A DNA stretch of 54,211 nucleotides, taken from NCBI GenBank assembly GCA_964605945.1, contig CAZSEK010000001.1:1-54211 (forward strand), given 5' to 3'. The notes below the pieces were generated by a model. The model had not been told where the DNA came from and did no database searches. It saw only the letters and a list, made by a program, of their open reading frames with translations. Origin of the DNA: an uncultured Methanosarcinales archaeon. GTDB lineage: Archaea; Nanobdellota; Nanobdellia; Woesearchaeales; UBA9642. The translations under genes and the position numbers were made by a program. The stretch's first letter is position 1. Every line of letters starts with the position of its first letter. Shown here in pieces: positions 1-8,059 of this stretch.

Positions 1-2
1 TT

Positions 3-164
3 TCTGTCTATAATTTAATTGTTCCTGACCCTCAATTCACAACAGATCAAGTTGATTCTTTAACGTCAGGAGATTTATTTGATCAAAGAGAATGGTGGAA
101 AGAATATAACATTAAATTAACTCCTTTCGACAAAGGTGTTGAGAACATGATAAGGAAGAAGTAA
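3..164 (+). CDS. 3' end of a CDS truncated by the window edge; product unknown
   Basis: Frame 3 is open from the window edge to TAA at 162-164 (...REWWKEYNIKLTPFDKGVENMIRKK*). No diagnostic motif in the 53 visible codons. Confidence 0.3.
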   Translation, partial: SVYNLIVPDPQFTTDQVDSLTSGDLFDQREWWKEYNIKLTPFDKGVENMIRKK

Positions 165-189
165 AGTAACAACATAACAATATCTTTTC

Positions 190-1359
190 TTAAATCAAAA
201 ACTTTCCATACTTTATTAAAGAAGGTTTTGCTTTGAATAATTTTAATGCAAGTTTCTTTGGCTCATCTCGTGATGTTTCGTTGAGGATTTTTATGAGTTT
301 AGGATTATTGAAATCTTTGATTAGTTTATTCCAATCACCGTCGGAGAATTTATTCATTGTATTTCTTAATTTTTTGTGGATTAATAATTCAAGATTTAAT
401 TTATTTAAATTAAATTCGTAATTCTGTTTTTTTGCAATCGATTCTGCAAGGATTTTTGCTGCTTTAAGGTTTGGAATAACTCCTCCTAAAGTTGTTGCTT
501 TAACCTGCAATGCTGAATCACCGACGAGATATACATCCATCTGACTTGTCTTCGATTTCATCTTTTTATGCATCTTAATTTTTTTATATTCAGGAATCAA
601 CGCTGATTCTTTTTGGGAAAAGGATATTTTCTTTTTGAATTTTTTCTCGAGAAGTTTGATGAATTTTTCAAATTCTACATTTATGTTTGCATTTGCGTTC
701 ATTTTTTTCGCAATGCCGATTTCACAGACTCCTTTTTTTAATGGAAGAACCCACGCGAAATTTTTAATGTATGGATAAAAAATGATTTCAGTTTCATCTA
801 TTGAAACTTTTGCTTTTACCCCCAAGTAAAATACTCTTTCTTTGTTATTCCATAATCCTGCGGATTTTGCAACATTGCTTAATGCTCCGTCTGCTCCTAT
901 TAGAATGTCTGCAGATATTTTTTCTGTTTGTTCTTTAGTTCCTGTTTTATGTTTTCTTTTTACCAGAATATTATTATCAAAATCTATTCCTTCAAATCTT
1001 GCATCTGTTATTATCTTGCATCCTTCTTTTTCTGCAAGATGCTTAAGATATTCACTGAATTTTTCTCTATCAACAACAATATCTGATTTTTTAAAATTAA
1101 TTTTTAAGAATTCGTTATTTGGCGCAAGAATTTTTGCTTTTGAAATTTTATTTATTATTATCTTATCTTTCTTTGATTCAGGAATTTTGATTATCTCATT
1201 TATGTTTTCTGTAAATATTCCTGAACATGTTTTTTTAAGATGCGAATGCTCTTCATATATAGTGACATCTAAATTCTTATTGAGCTTTTTTAGATTATAT
1301 CCTGTAAATAATCCTGAAGGACCTGCACCGATAATCACGATTTTTCTTATATCACCCAT
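190..1359 (-). CDS. Geranylgeranyl reductase family FAD-dependent oxidoreductase (archaeal lipid saturation type)
   Basis: 389-aa ORF with N-terminal Rossmann dinucleotide motif IVIIGAGPSGL. GADGALSNVAKSAG motif and length are typical of the GGR family. Confidence 0.75.
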   Translation of the reverse strand: MGDIRKIVIIGAGPSGLFTGYNLKKLNKNLDVTIYEEHSHLKKTCSGIFTENINEIIKIPESKKDKIIINKISKAKILAPNNEFLKINFKKSDIVVDREKFSEYLKHLAEKEGCKIITDARFEGIDFDNNILVKRKHKTGTKEQTEKISADILIGADGALSNVAKSAGLWNNKERVFYLGVKAKVSIDETEIIFYPYIKNFAWVLPLKKGVCEIGIAKKMNANANINVEFEKFIKLLEKKFKKKISFSQKESALIPEYKKIKMHKKMKSKTSQMDVYLVGDSALQVKATTLGGVIPNLKAAKILAESIAKKQNYEFNLNKLNLELLIHKKLRNTMNKFSDGDWNKLIKDFNNPKLIKILNETSRDEPKKLALKLFKAKPSLIKYGKFLI

Positions 1360-1443
1360 ATCGACTTTGAAAAACCATCAAATTTAAATACTTGATGAAA
1401 TTGCTCTCATTTGGGGGTTTTAACTCTATAATAGTAAAGAAAA

Positions 1444-1459
1444 CGAAACCTTTATATAT
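1444..1459 (+). promoter_or_regulatory. BRE/TATA promoter (CGAAACCTTTATATA) for the 1551 gene
   Basis: CGAAA (BRE-like) directly followed by TTTATATA, about 93 nt upstream of the ATG. The same 13-mer CGAAACCTTTATA recurs at 5782-5794. Confidence 0.5.
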
Positions 1460-1550
1460 TAGTTTGTTGTTACTACATAGTTAATAGGGTTAAATTGCCT
1501 TATTGAATTATATTTATAGTCAATAAAAATAGTTTAGGGGGTAAATTAAA

Positions 1551-3089
1551 ATGAATAAGATTATTAAAAACATTACATTACCAGCATTAATTTTAGGAGC
1601 ATTAGTAACATCTGCATATGCAGAACCAACAGTCACTACAAATATTGATCCTAAAGCAAAAACAATAAATGTTAATGCACCAAACGATTTTACAGTCAAT
1701 GTAATTACACCAACAGATTCTACAAAACCAGTTGCAAAAACACCTTTCAAAGCAACAGCACTTGACAAATTAGTCAATCATAATATTGAAAGATTCTCAT
1801 GGGACAGATTTTATGCAGTTAATGATACAATGATTGAAGGAGAAAAATATTTCGGACATAAACAAGTTCTTGATAAAGATACTTGGTTAAGTTCAAGATG
1901 GAATCAGATATTCAATAATTCAAATTATAAATTTGGAAAAGATAATGAAAAAATAAAAGAAGTGGTTGCATTAAATTATAAAATAAATTACGGAGTTAAT
2001 TTGGATACATCTAAAATACAATTTGTTCCCGATATTGAAGATTCTTCAAAAATCAAAGACATAATTTATGATGGAAAAATTAAAGGAAGAAAATTAGTTT
2101 CATCAGGAAAAACAGCAACAACAGAAAACAGACATTTAATAATTCCAGAAAATATGACTATTTATGGACAAAAAGACATGTACAATAGAAAACAAGAAAA
2201 AGAATTAGATATAAAAGTAACAGAACCTGTTCAACCAACACCAGTAACTTCTGGAAAAGGAAAGAAAGATAATGGTAAAAATAAAAATTCAAATAAACCC
2301 TATACAAATCTTGAATTACAATTAATAGGTGGATATGAATCAAATAATAGAAATGAAGAAACTATATTTTCAGACATAAGTTTAAATGATGATGGTTTAA
2401 TGTTAGCAATTCAAGGTTCTGCAGAAGGAAAACATGCTTACATAAAAGCAGGTGCAGAAGGAAATTTCAAAGCAGGAACATTTGATGATAATATTGCTAA
2501 TTTAGGAATTGGAACATATTCCGGTAAAGAATTTTCAGGACAAGCGATTATTGGAGTGAAAATAGGAAATAATATTTATCTTAATCCTAATGTACTTGGA
2601 CAATTAGACCTTGAAAATATTAATATGAATTATAATGGCGCAGTTATTAATGCAAATACTACAACAACAGAAAAAATTGTTGGCCCAGGAATAGGATTAG
2701 GTGTTAGAAGTAATGAATCAAATCCATCTTTTGAATTTGATGTACATGGAAACTTATTATATGGAAACAAAACACAAAAAGACAAATCACCTATACCGGG
2801 ATATGCAGCTCAAACATCTAAATCCAATGAAAAAGGATATTTAGTCGGAAGCAAACTAAAATTCGGAAGATTAGGATTAAATCTAGATTATGAACATATG
2901 ACTAGAGAAGCAAAATCAGGATTTCCATTAAACATAGACCAAAATACATATAGAATCAATGGAACAATTGATTTAAGCAAACATTGGTCTGCATTCGGAG
3001 GATTTGAAAATATCCAACAAAAAATAGATCAAAGAAATATGGAAATAAAAGAAAATAATGTAAAAGCAGGAGTTATATATAAAATTTAA
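1551..3089 (+). CDS. Secreted protein with a C-terminal beta-barrel-like (porin-like) region; function unknown
   Basis: GGGGGT Shine-Dalgarno lies 8 nt upstream. Signal peptide ...LGALVTSAYA/EP. The last ~250 aa are short alternating hydrophobic/polar strands separated by G/N/D/S turns, ending ...NVKAGVIYKI. Confidence 0.55.
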   Translation: MNKIIKNITLPALILGALVTSAYAEPTVTTNIDPKAKTINVNAPNDFTVNVITPTDSTKPVAKTPFKATALDKLVNHNIERFSWDRFYAVNDTMIEGEKYFGHKQVLDKDTWLSSRWNQIFNNSNYKFGKDNEKIKEVVALNYKINYGVNLDTSKIQFVPDIEDSSKIKDIIYDGKIKGRKLVSSGKTATTENRHLIIPENMTIYGQKDMYNRKQEKELDIKVTEPVQPTPVTSGKGKKDNGKNKNSNKPYTNLELQLIGGYESNNRNEETIFSDISLNDDGLMLAIQGSAEGKHAYIKAGAEGNFKAGTFDDNIANLGIGTYSGKEFSGQAIIGVKIGNNIYLNPNVLGQLDLENINMNYNGAVINANTTTTEKIVGPGIGLGVRSNESNPSFEFDVHGNLLYGNKTQKDKSPIPGYAAQTSKSNEKGYLVGSKLKFGRLGLNLDYEHMTREAKSGFPLNIDQNTYRINGTIDLSKHWSAFGGFENIQQKIDQRNMEIKENNVKAGVIYKI

Positions 3090-3115
3090 ATTAAAAAATT
3101 CACAGGTGAACCAAA

Positions 3116-5758
3116 ATGAAAAAAATAATATTATTTGTTTTAATGTTTTTTGCACTCGCATGCATGGTTAGCGCAGCAACTGTAATTATACAGCCAGCTA
3201 ATCCTGTTGCAGGAGATCAATTAGATTGTACAGTTGTAGGAGGAACTTCATCATATTATTATTACTATTGGTTTAGAAATAATGTTTATCAAAGTTCATA
3301 CCAACAACACAACATACCTGCAGGAATAACTCTTGCAGGAGAAACATGGAGATGCGATGTCTACATTCCAGGAAATTATTATGTAGGACAAGCATATGCA
3401 TCAATTTCAGCAGCACCTTTAGCATTAAGCGCAACATGTAACGCAACACCTACAACAGGAGCAGCACCATTGAATGTTTTATTCAGTGCAACAGCATTAG
3501 GTGGTTCAGGAGTTTATACTTACGCATGGAATTTTGATGATGGAACAGCAGGAACAGGAGCAACTAACGCACACACATACACAGTGCCTGCAATATATAA
3601 TTCATTTTTAACAATTATGGATGGAACAGGCGCAAGCGTAGTAGCAAATTGCCCAGCAGTTACAGTCACAAGTGGAACACACACATTAACAGTAGCATTT
3701 TCATACACACCATTAGCACCAGCTGTAAATGAAGTTATAACATTTGACGGATCAGCAAGTGTTGATTCATTAGGACATCCATTGACATATTCATGGAACT
3801 TCGGAGACGGAATAACACAGTCTTCAGGCAATAGTCCAATCATAACACATTCATATATTGCACCAGGAACATATCCTGTAACATTGACTGTTTCAGACGG
3901 ACCTTATGGATTAACAGCATATATAACACACAATGTTGTTGTGACAGGAATTTTGAATATCACAAACATAAATTGTTTTAGAACAGTCATCGAAGGACAG
4001 AATCAGTCATGTCAGATAACAGTAACTACAAACAACTTGCCAGCACAGAATGTAGATGTTGATGTATATTTCCTTGACGGAACACCATTTGCAAGCTGTA
4101 CAACAACACTTGCAGGAGCATGCACTGTTTATAGAACAATGCCGGTTGGTTCAGCAGGAACTTACACTGTTTATGCAACAGCAGTTGCACCAGGATACAT
4201 CAATGATACAGATACATATCCAAGATATACATTTGATGTTTGGGCAAGACAATATGATATAATCAATTTAGCAACATATAATGATTCAGCATTTCATAAT
4301 TTAGATGGAGTATTTTACAGAGGAGAAGCTCTTTACGTAAAATTCCAGGTCTATGATGTTACAAATCATGTTTTTGTGACAGAAGACATTGTTACAGCGG
4401 CATCACTTGTAAGTTTGCCTGGCGGAAGAGCAGATCTTACAGAAATGACATTCAATGACAACTGGTATTATTATAGATTAGACATGATACCATTGACACA
4501 TGCATTCTTGGGAGACAGCAATGTATTTGCATTCGCTTTCAACTTTACAGGACAGACAGGAGGACAAGCACAAGTTAATTTGACAATATTAAATAATGTG
4601 CCAACAATAAGTCCTATTGCAGACATTAATATTAATGTCGGACAAATATATAATTTAGATTTAACACCTTACGGATATGATCTGGAAGACCAGAGAAATC
4701 TTGTATGGACAGTAACAGAAAATTCAGCTTATTTTGATGCACAGATAACAAATTTAGGATATTCAAATCTTGAAGTAACTGGAATTGCAGTTGGCTCAGG
4801 AACATTGACTTTGAGAGCATATGATTTGGATAATGATTATGATGAAATAATTGTTATTGTTAATGTAGGAACATCTGGAAACGGAACATATTATGTATGT
4901 TCAGCAGTTCCAACATCAGGAAATATTCCTTTGGATGTTACATTTACAATAACTCAACTTGGATCAACAAATACTGCATTCACAGTTGGATGGGATTTTG
5001 GAGACGGAACAACAGGAGCAGGAATACAGACAAGACACAGATATACAACAGCAGGAACATATATACCTGCTGCAATAATAACTGATGTAAATAGTGTTCA
5101 AACAATTCTTTGCCCTGCAATAAGAGCATTTTCAGGAAACACAACATTAAATGCAGATGCAGGCGGACCATACAATGGATACATGAATGAGCCTTTAACA
5201 TTTGATGCATCTGGTTCAACAGGAGCAATAATCGCTTATGAATGGAATTTTGGAGACGGTTCTGTTATAAGAACAACAACACCAACATTCGATTATACTT
5301 ATTTCAACAAAATAGGAAGATATACAATAACATTAACTGTTTTTGATGCAAACGGAAACACAGCAACAGACACAACAACAGCACTAATTATAGAAAGAGT
5401 TTATCAAAAACCAGCAGACATAGAAAAAGACACAGAAGGATTGTATATTGGAAGAATTTTGCTTGATGGAATAGATAGAAAAGGAGAAATATTAAGAAGC
5501 GATGACGAATTAACTATTGAAGTAAATATGGAAAATTTTTACAGCTATAAATTAGAAGATGTAAAAATGACTGCAGAAATTTTCGAATTAGGAATCAAGC
5601 AAAAAACATCTGCATTTGATCTAAGAAAAGGACAGGAAGCAACAAAAACATTAACTTTGCCTATCTATGACGCACCAGCAGGAACTTATTATTTGAAAAT
5701 AACAGTAGGCAATGAAGACGTCAAAAGAATCAAATACAGAGAGATCATTGTAAGATAA
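3116..5758 (+). CDS. Large secreted PKD-repeat surface protein
   Basis: Signal peptide MKKIILFVLMFFALACMVSA. Four PKD-domain signatures (WNFDDGT, WNFGDGI, WDFGDGT, WNFGDGS), each followed by H.Y...G.Y. T/G/A/Y-rich and visibly Lys/Glu-poor compared with neighbouring proteins. Confidence 0.85.
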   Translation: MKKIILFVLMFFALACMVSAATVIIQPANPVAGDQLDCTVVGGTSSYYYYYWFRNNVYQSSYQQHNIPAGITLAGETWRCDVYIPGNYYVGQAYASISAAPLALSATCNATPTTGAAPLNVLFSATALGGSGVYTYAWNFDDGTAGTGATNAHTYTVPAIYNSFLTIMDGTGASVVANCPAVTVTSGTHTLTVAFSYTPLAPAVNEVITFDGSASVDSLGHPLTYSWNFGDGITQSSGNSPIITHSYIAPGTYPVTLTVSDGPYGLTAYITHNVVVTGILNITNINCFRTVIEGQNQSCQITVTTNNLPAQNVDVDVYFLDGTPFASCTTTLAGACTVYRTMPVGSAGTYTVYATAVAPGYINDTDTYPRYTFDVWARQYDIINLATYNDSAFHNLDGVFYRGEALYVKFQVYDVTNHVFVTEDIVTAASLVSLPGGRADLTEMTFNDNWYYYRLDMIPLTHAFLGDSNVFAFAFNFTGQTGGQAQVNLTILNNVPTISPIADININVGQIYNLDLTPYGYDLEDQRNLVWTVTENSAYFDAQITNLGYSNLEVTGIAVGSGTLTLRAYDLDNDYDEIIVIVNVGTSGNGTYYVCSAVPTSGNIPLDVTFTITQLGSTNTAFTVGWDFGDGTTGAGIQTRHRYTTAGTYIPAAIITDVNSVQTILCPAIRAFSGNTTLNADAGGPYNGYMNEPLTFDASGSTGAIIAYEWNFGDGSVIRTTTPTFDYTYFNKIGRYTITLTVFDANGNTATDTTTALIIERVYQKPADIEKDTEGLYIGRILLDGIDRKGEILRSDDELTIEVNMENFYSYKLEDVKMTAEIFELGIKQKTSAFDLRKGQEATKTLTLPIYDAPAGTYYLKITVGNEDVKRIKYREIIVR

Positions 5759-5781
5759 ACCACTTAATATATGGTTAAAAC

Positions 5782-5797
5782 CGAAACCTTTATAAAG
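5782..5797 (+). promoter_or_regulatory. BRE/TATA promoter (CGAAACCTTTATAAA) for the S-layer-like gene, implying a ~100-nt leader
   Basis: Same CGAAACCTTTATA core as at 1444. The ATG at 5924 is preceded by a GGGGGT SD, so the transcript carries a long leader. Confidence 0.5.
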
Positions 5798-5826
5798 GAT
5801 AACGCTTTACTCATTTAAAAGTGACA

Positions 5827-5843
5827 AAATCCCAGAGGGATTT
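5827..5843 (+). promoter_or_regulatory. Leader hairpin AAATCCC-AGA-GGGATTT (recurrent CCCAGAGGG motif)
   Basis: Perfect 7-bp stem with an AGA triloop. The CCCAGAGGG core also occurs at 23356-23364 and 53921-53929. Confidence 0.4.
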
Positions 5844-5923
5844 GAGAACAGCGTGAACAAAATCATACTCAAAGAGTATAATACGAGAACAAAAAATTAC
5901 GTTAAATATCGGGGGTAAACAAA

Positions 5924-7186
5924 ATGAAAAATACAATAAAAGCATTTGTATTAGTATTAGTAGCAATGATTGCTATAACTGCATACGCAGCAGCAGTCAA
6001 CTTGAACGTCGAGTATGTTAAAATAAACGGCGAAGAAGTAAGTATAGCAGACGGACATGCAAGAAACTTGCAGGTTGAAAGAGGCGAAGACCTTGACGTC
6101 AAAGTTTGTGTACAAGCATTAGCAGATGTAAAAGATGTACAAATAGAAGCAGATATCTATGGTTATAGATATTCATCCTATGAGTCAACAAAAATTTCTG
6201 ACGAAACATCAACATTCGATCTTGCAGGAAACGACACAACATGTAAAACATTAAAATTAGAAGTTCCTGAAAAAATGGACAAAGATTACTACAAATTAAG
6301 AATCTTAGTTGGAGACAGAGACAGCACAGCATTTTCACAAGATTATGAATTGCATGTAACAGGAATCGCAAGAGATTCAGCAGTTATTATAAAAGATTAT
6401 TCATTCAATCCAGAAGAAGTTATCGCAGGAAGAGCATTCACAGCAATTGTTAAAGTAAAGAATATGGGAAGCGATGATTTAGAAGATTTGAAAATAACAT
6501 TATCAATTCCAGAATTAGGAATAAAAACATCCGAATTCATGACTGAATTAGATGCAGACGAGTCAAAAACATTCGAAGAATTGTTATTAAGAGTTCCAGA
6601 ATGCGCAAAAGCAGGAACATATGATGTAACAATCAAAGTCGAATTTGACGAGTATGAGACAACAGTCACAGAAGGAACAATTGATGTAGTTTCAAGCAAT
6701 ACATGCGGATCAACTTTACCAGCAGGCTCAGACAAAACTGTTATAACAGTTCCTAGCTCACAGGAAGTTGCACAAGGAACAGGTGTTGTTTACCCTATCA
6801 TGATTGGCAACTCAGCAAATGTTGCAAAAACATATACAATAAGTGTTTCAGGTGCATCAGCATGGGCAACTACAAGAATCGACCCATCAGCAGTCATCGT
6901 AGTTCCAGCAGGACAAGCAAAAACAGTTTATTTGTATGTTAGCGCAAATAGTGACGCAGAACTTGGAGACAAAGCATTCACAATAAATGTTGAAACAGGT
7001 TCAGAAGCAAAACAAATTCCAGTTACAGCAAAAATAACAAAAGCAGCAGGAGCAAATTGGGACAATGTTAAAAATGGATTGCAGATTGGTTTGGTTGTTT
7101 TAGTAATCATATTGTTAGTTATCGGATTAATAATCGGATACAACAAAATGAAAGAAAACAAAAACGAACCAGAAACATACTATTAA
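5924..7186 (+). CDS. S-layer-like / CARDB-domain surface protein with a C-terminal membrane anchor
   Basis: Signal peptide (...AITAYAAAV). CARDB-like motif VKVKNMGSDDLEDLKITLS. C-terminal TM helix GLQIGLVVLVIILLVIGLIIGY plus a short tail. Strong promoter and SD. Confidence 0.7.
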   Translation: MKNTIKAFVLVLVAMIAITAYAAAVNLNVEYVKINGEEVSIADGHARNLQVERGEDLDVKVCVQALADVKDVQIEADIYGYRYSSYESTKISDETSTFDLAGNDTTCKTLKLEVPEKMDKDYYKLRILVGDRDSTAFSQDYELHVTGIARDSAVIIKDYSFNPEEVIAGRAFTAIVKVKNMGSDDLEDLKITLSIPELGIKTSEFMTELDADESKTFEELLLRVPECAKAGTYDVTIKVEFDEYETTVTEGTIDVVSSNTCGSTLPAGSDKTVITVPSSQEVAQGTGVVYPIMIGNSANVAKTYTISVSGASAWATTRIDPSAVIVVPAGQAKTVYLYVSANSDAELGDKAFTINVETGSEAKQIPVTAKITKAAGANWDNVKNGLQIGLVVLVIILLVIGLIIGYNKMKENKNEPETYY

Positions 7187-7218
7187 TTTTTTTTATTCTT
7201 TTTTTTTAATTTTTTATT
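7187..7218 (+). terminator. Oligo-T terminator region after the S-layer-like gene
   Basis: Runs of T8, T9 and T6 immediately after the stop codon. Archaeal RNAP terminates at oligo-T tracts. Confidence 0.45.
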
Positions 7219-7229
7219 GGAGAAGAAAA

Positions 7230-7562
7230 ATGGATCCATCAAACGTTTCACTTATGACAGAGATATACACCACCGTAGGTGCAACAGCACTGTTAGGTGC
7301 AATGGCATATGGTGTTGTTGATTACCTAAATCATGCAAAAAAAGCGAAACTTAATTCACATAATGACGAAGATGTTTTTTCAGAGTCAGCAAAACCAAGC
7401 GAACTTGAATTAAAAGTTGAGAGTCTTCCTTATGAAGGTAGACGAGTCACATTAAAAGATATTAAAACAAATAAAACATATATTGTACTTCGTAACTCTG
7501 ATGATGAAATCAGTTTTCAAGAGTATATTGTAAAAACAGAAAAAGTGGGCACACCACGATAA
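7230..7562 (+). CDS. Hypothetical single-pass membrane protein
   Basis: 110-aa ORF with a GGAG SD and one N-terminal TM helix (TTVGATALLGAMAYGVV). Confidence 0.5.
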   Translation: MDPSNVSLMTEIYTTVGATALLGAMAYGVVDYLNHAKKAKLNSHNDEDVFSESAKPSELELKVESLPYEGRRVTLKDIKTNKTYIVLRNSDDEISFQEYIVKTEKVGTPR

Positions 7563-7599
7563 TTAATTTATATCACATTCATTAATGGGGGTAATATTT

Positions 7600-8058
7600 A
7601 TGAGTCTTGATAAAACAGTTCAAAACAATGAATCTCCCTCTAATATTTCTACTCAAAATCATAATAATTCAAGAACAATAGGTCGCCTTATGATGTTAGG
7701 AGCTTCATTAGCATTATTATATTTAGGCACAGCTGTTGGATGCGCACCTAAACCTGCAACAAAAATAAATAAATCATACGAAATAAAAGATCAATTCATA
7801 ACTTCTGCAGGTCTTCATCCCATAGAAAATTTCATATATGTTAATGATAATAAAATAGCCAGCACAGTAACTAATTATGGAAAAAATATGATGCTCATAA
7901 AATATGATGCAAAAGATAAAAATATAATAACCTTGGATTCGATATCTAACGAGATAACGACAATAAATTTTGAAAACTTAACATATTGGACAGTACACTT
8001 AACACCCGATGCAAAATACAATTCACAATCAACAATTCAAACTAAAAAAGGTAACTAA
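7600..8058 (+). CDS. Hypothetical lipobox-type secreted protein
   Basis: The ATG at 7600 lies 8 nt after a GGGGGT SD (the track start 7585 sits inside the SD). The hydrophobic segment ends in the lipobox-like LGTAVGC. Confidence 0.5.
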   Translation: MSLDKTVQNNESPSNISTQNHNNSRTIGRLMMLGASLALLYLGTAVGCAPKPATKINKSYEIKDQFITSAGLHPIENFIYVNDNKIASTVTNYGKNMMLIKYDAKDKNIITLDSISNEITTINFENLTYWTVHLTPDAKYNSQSTIQTKKGN

Positions 8059-8059
8059 A

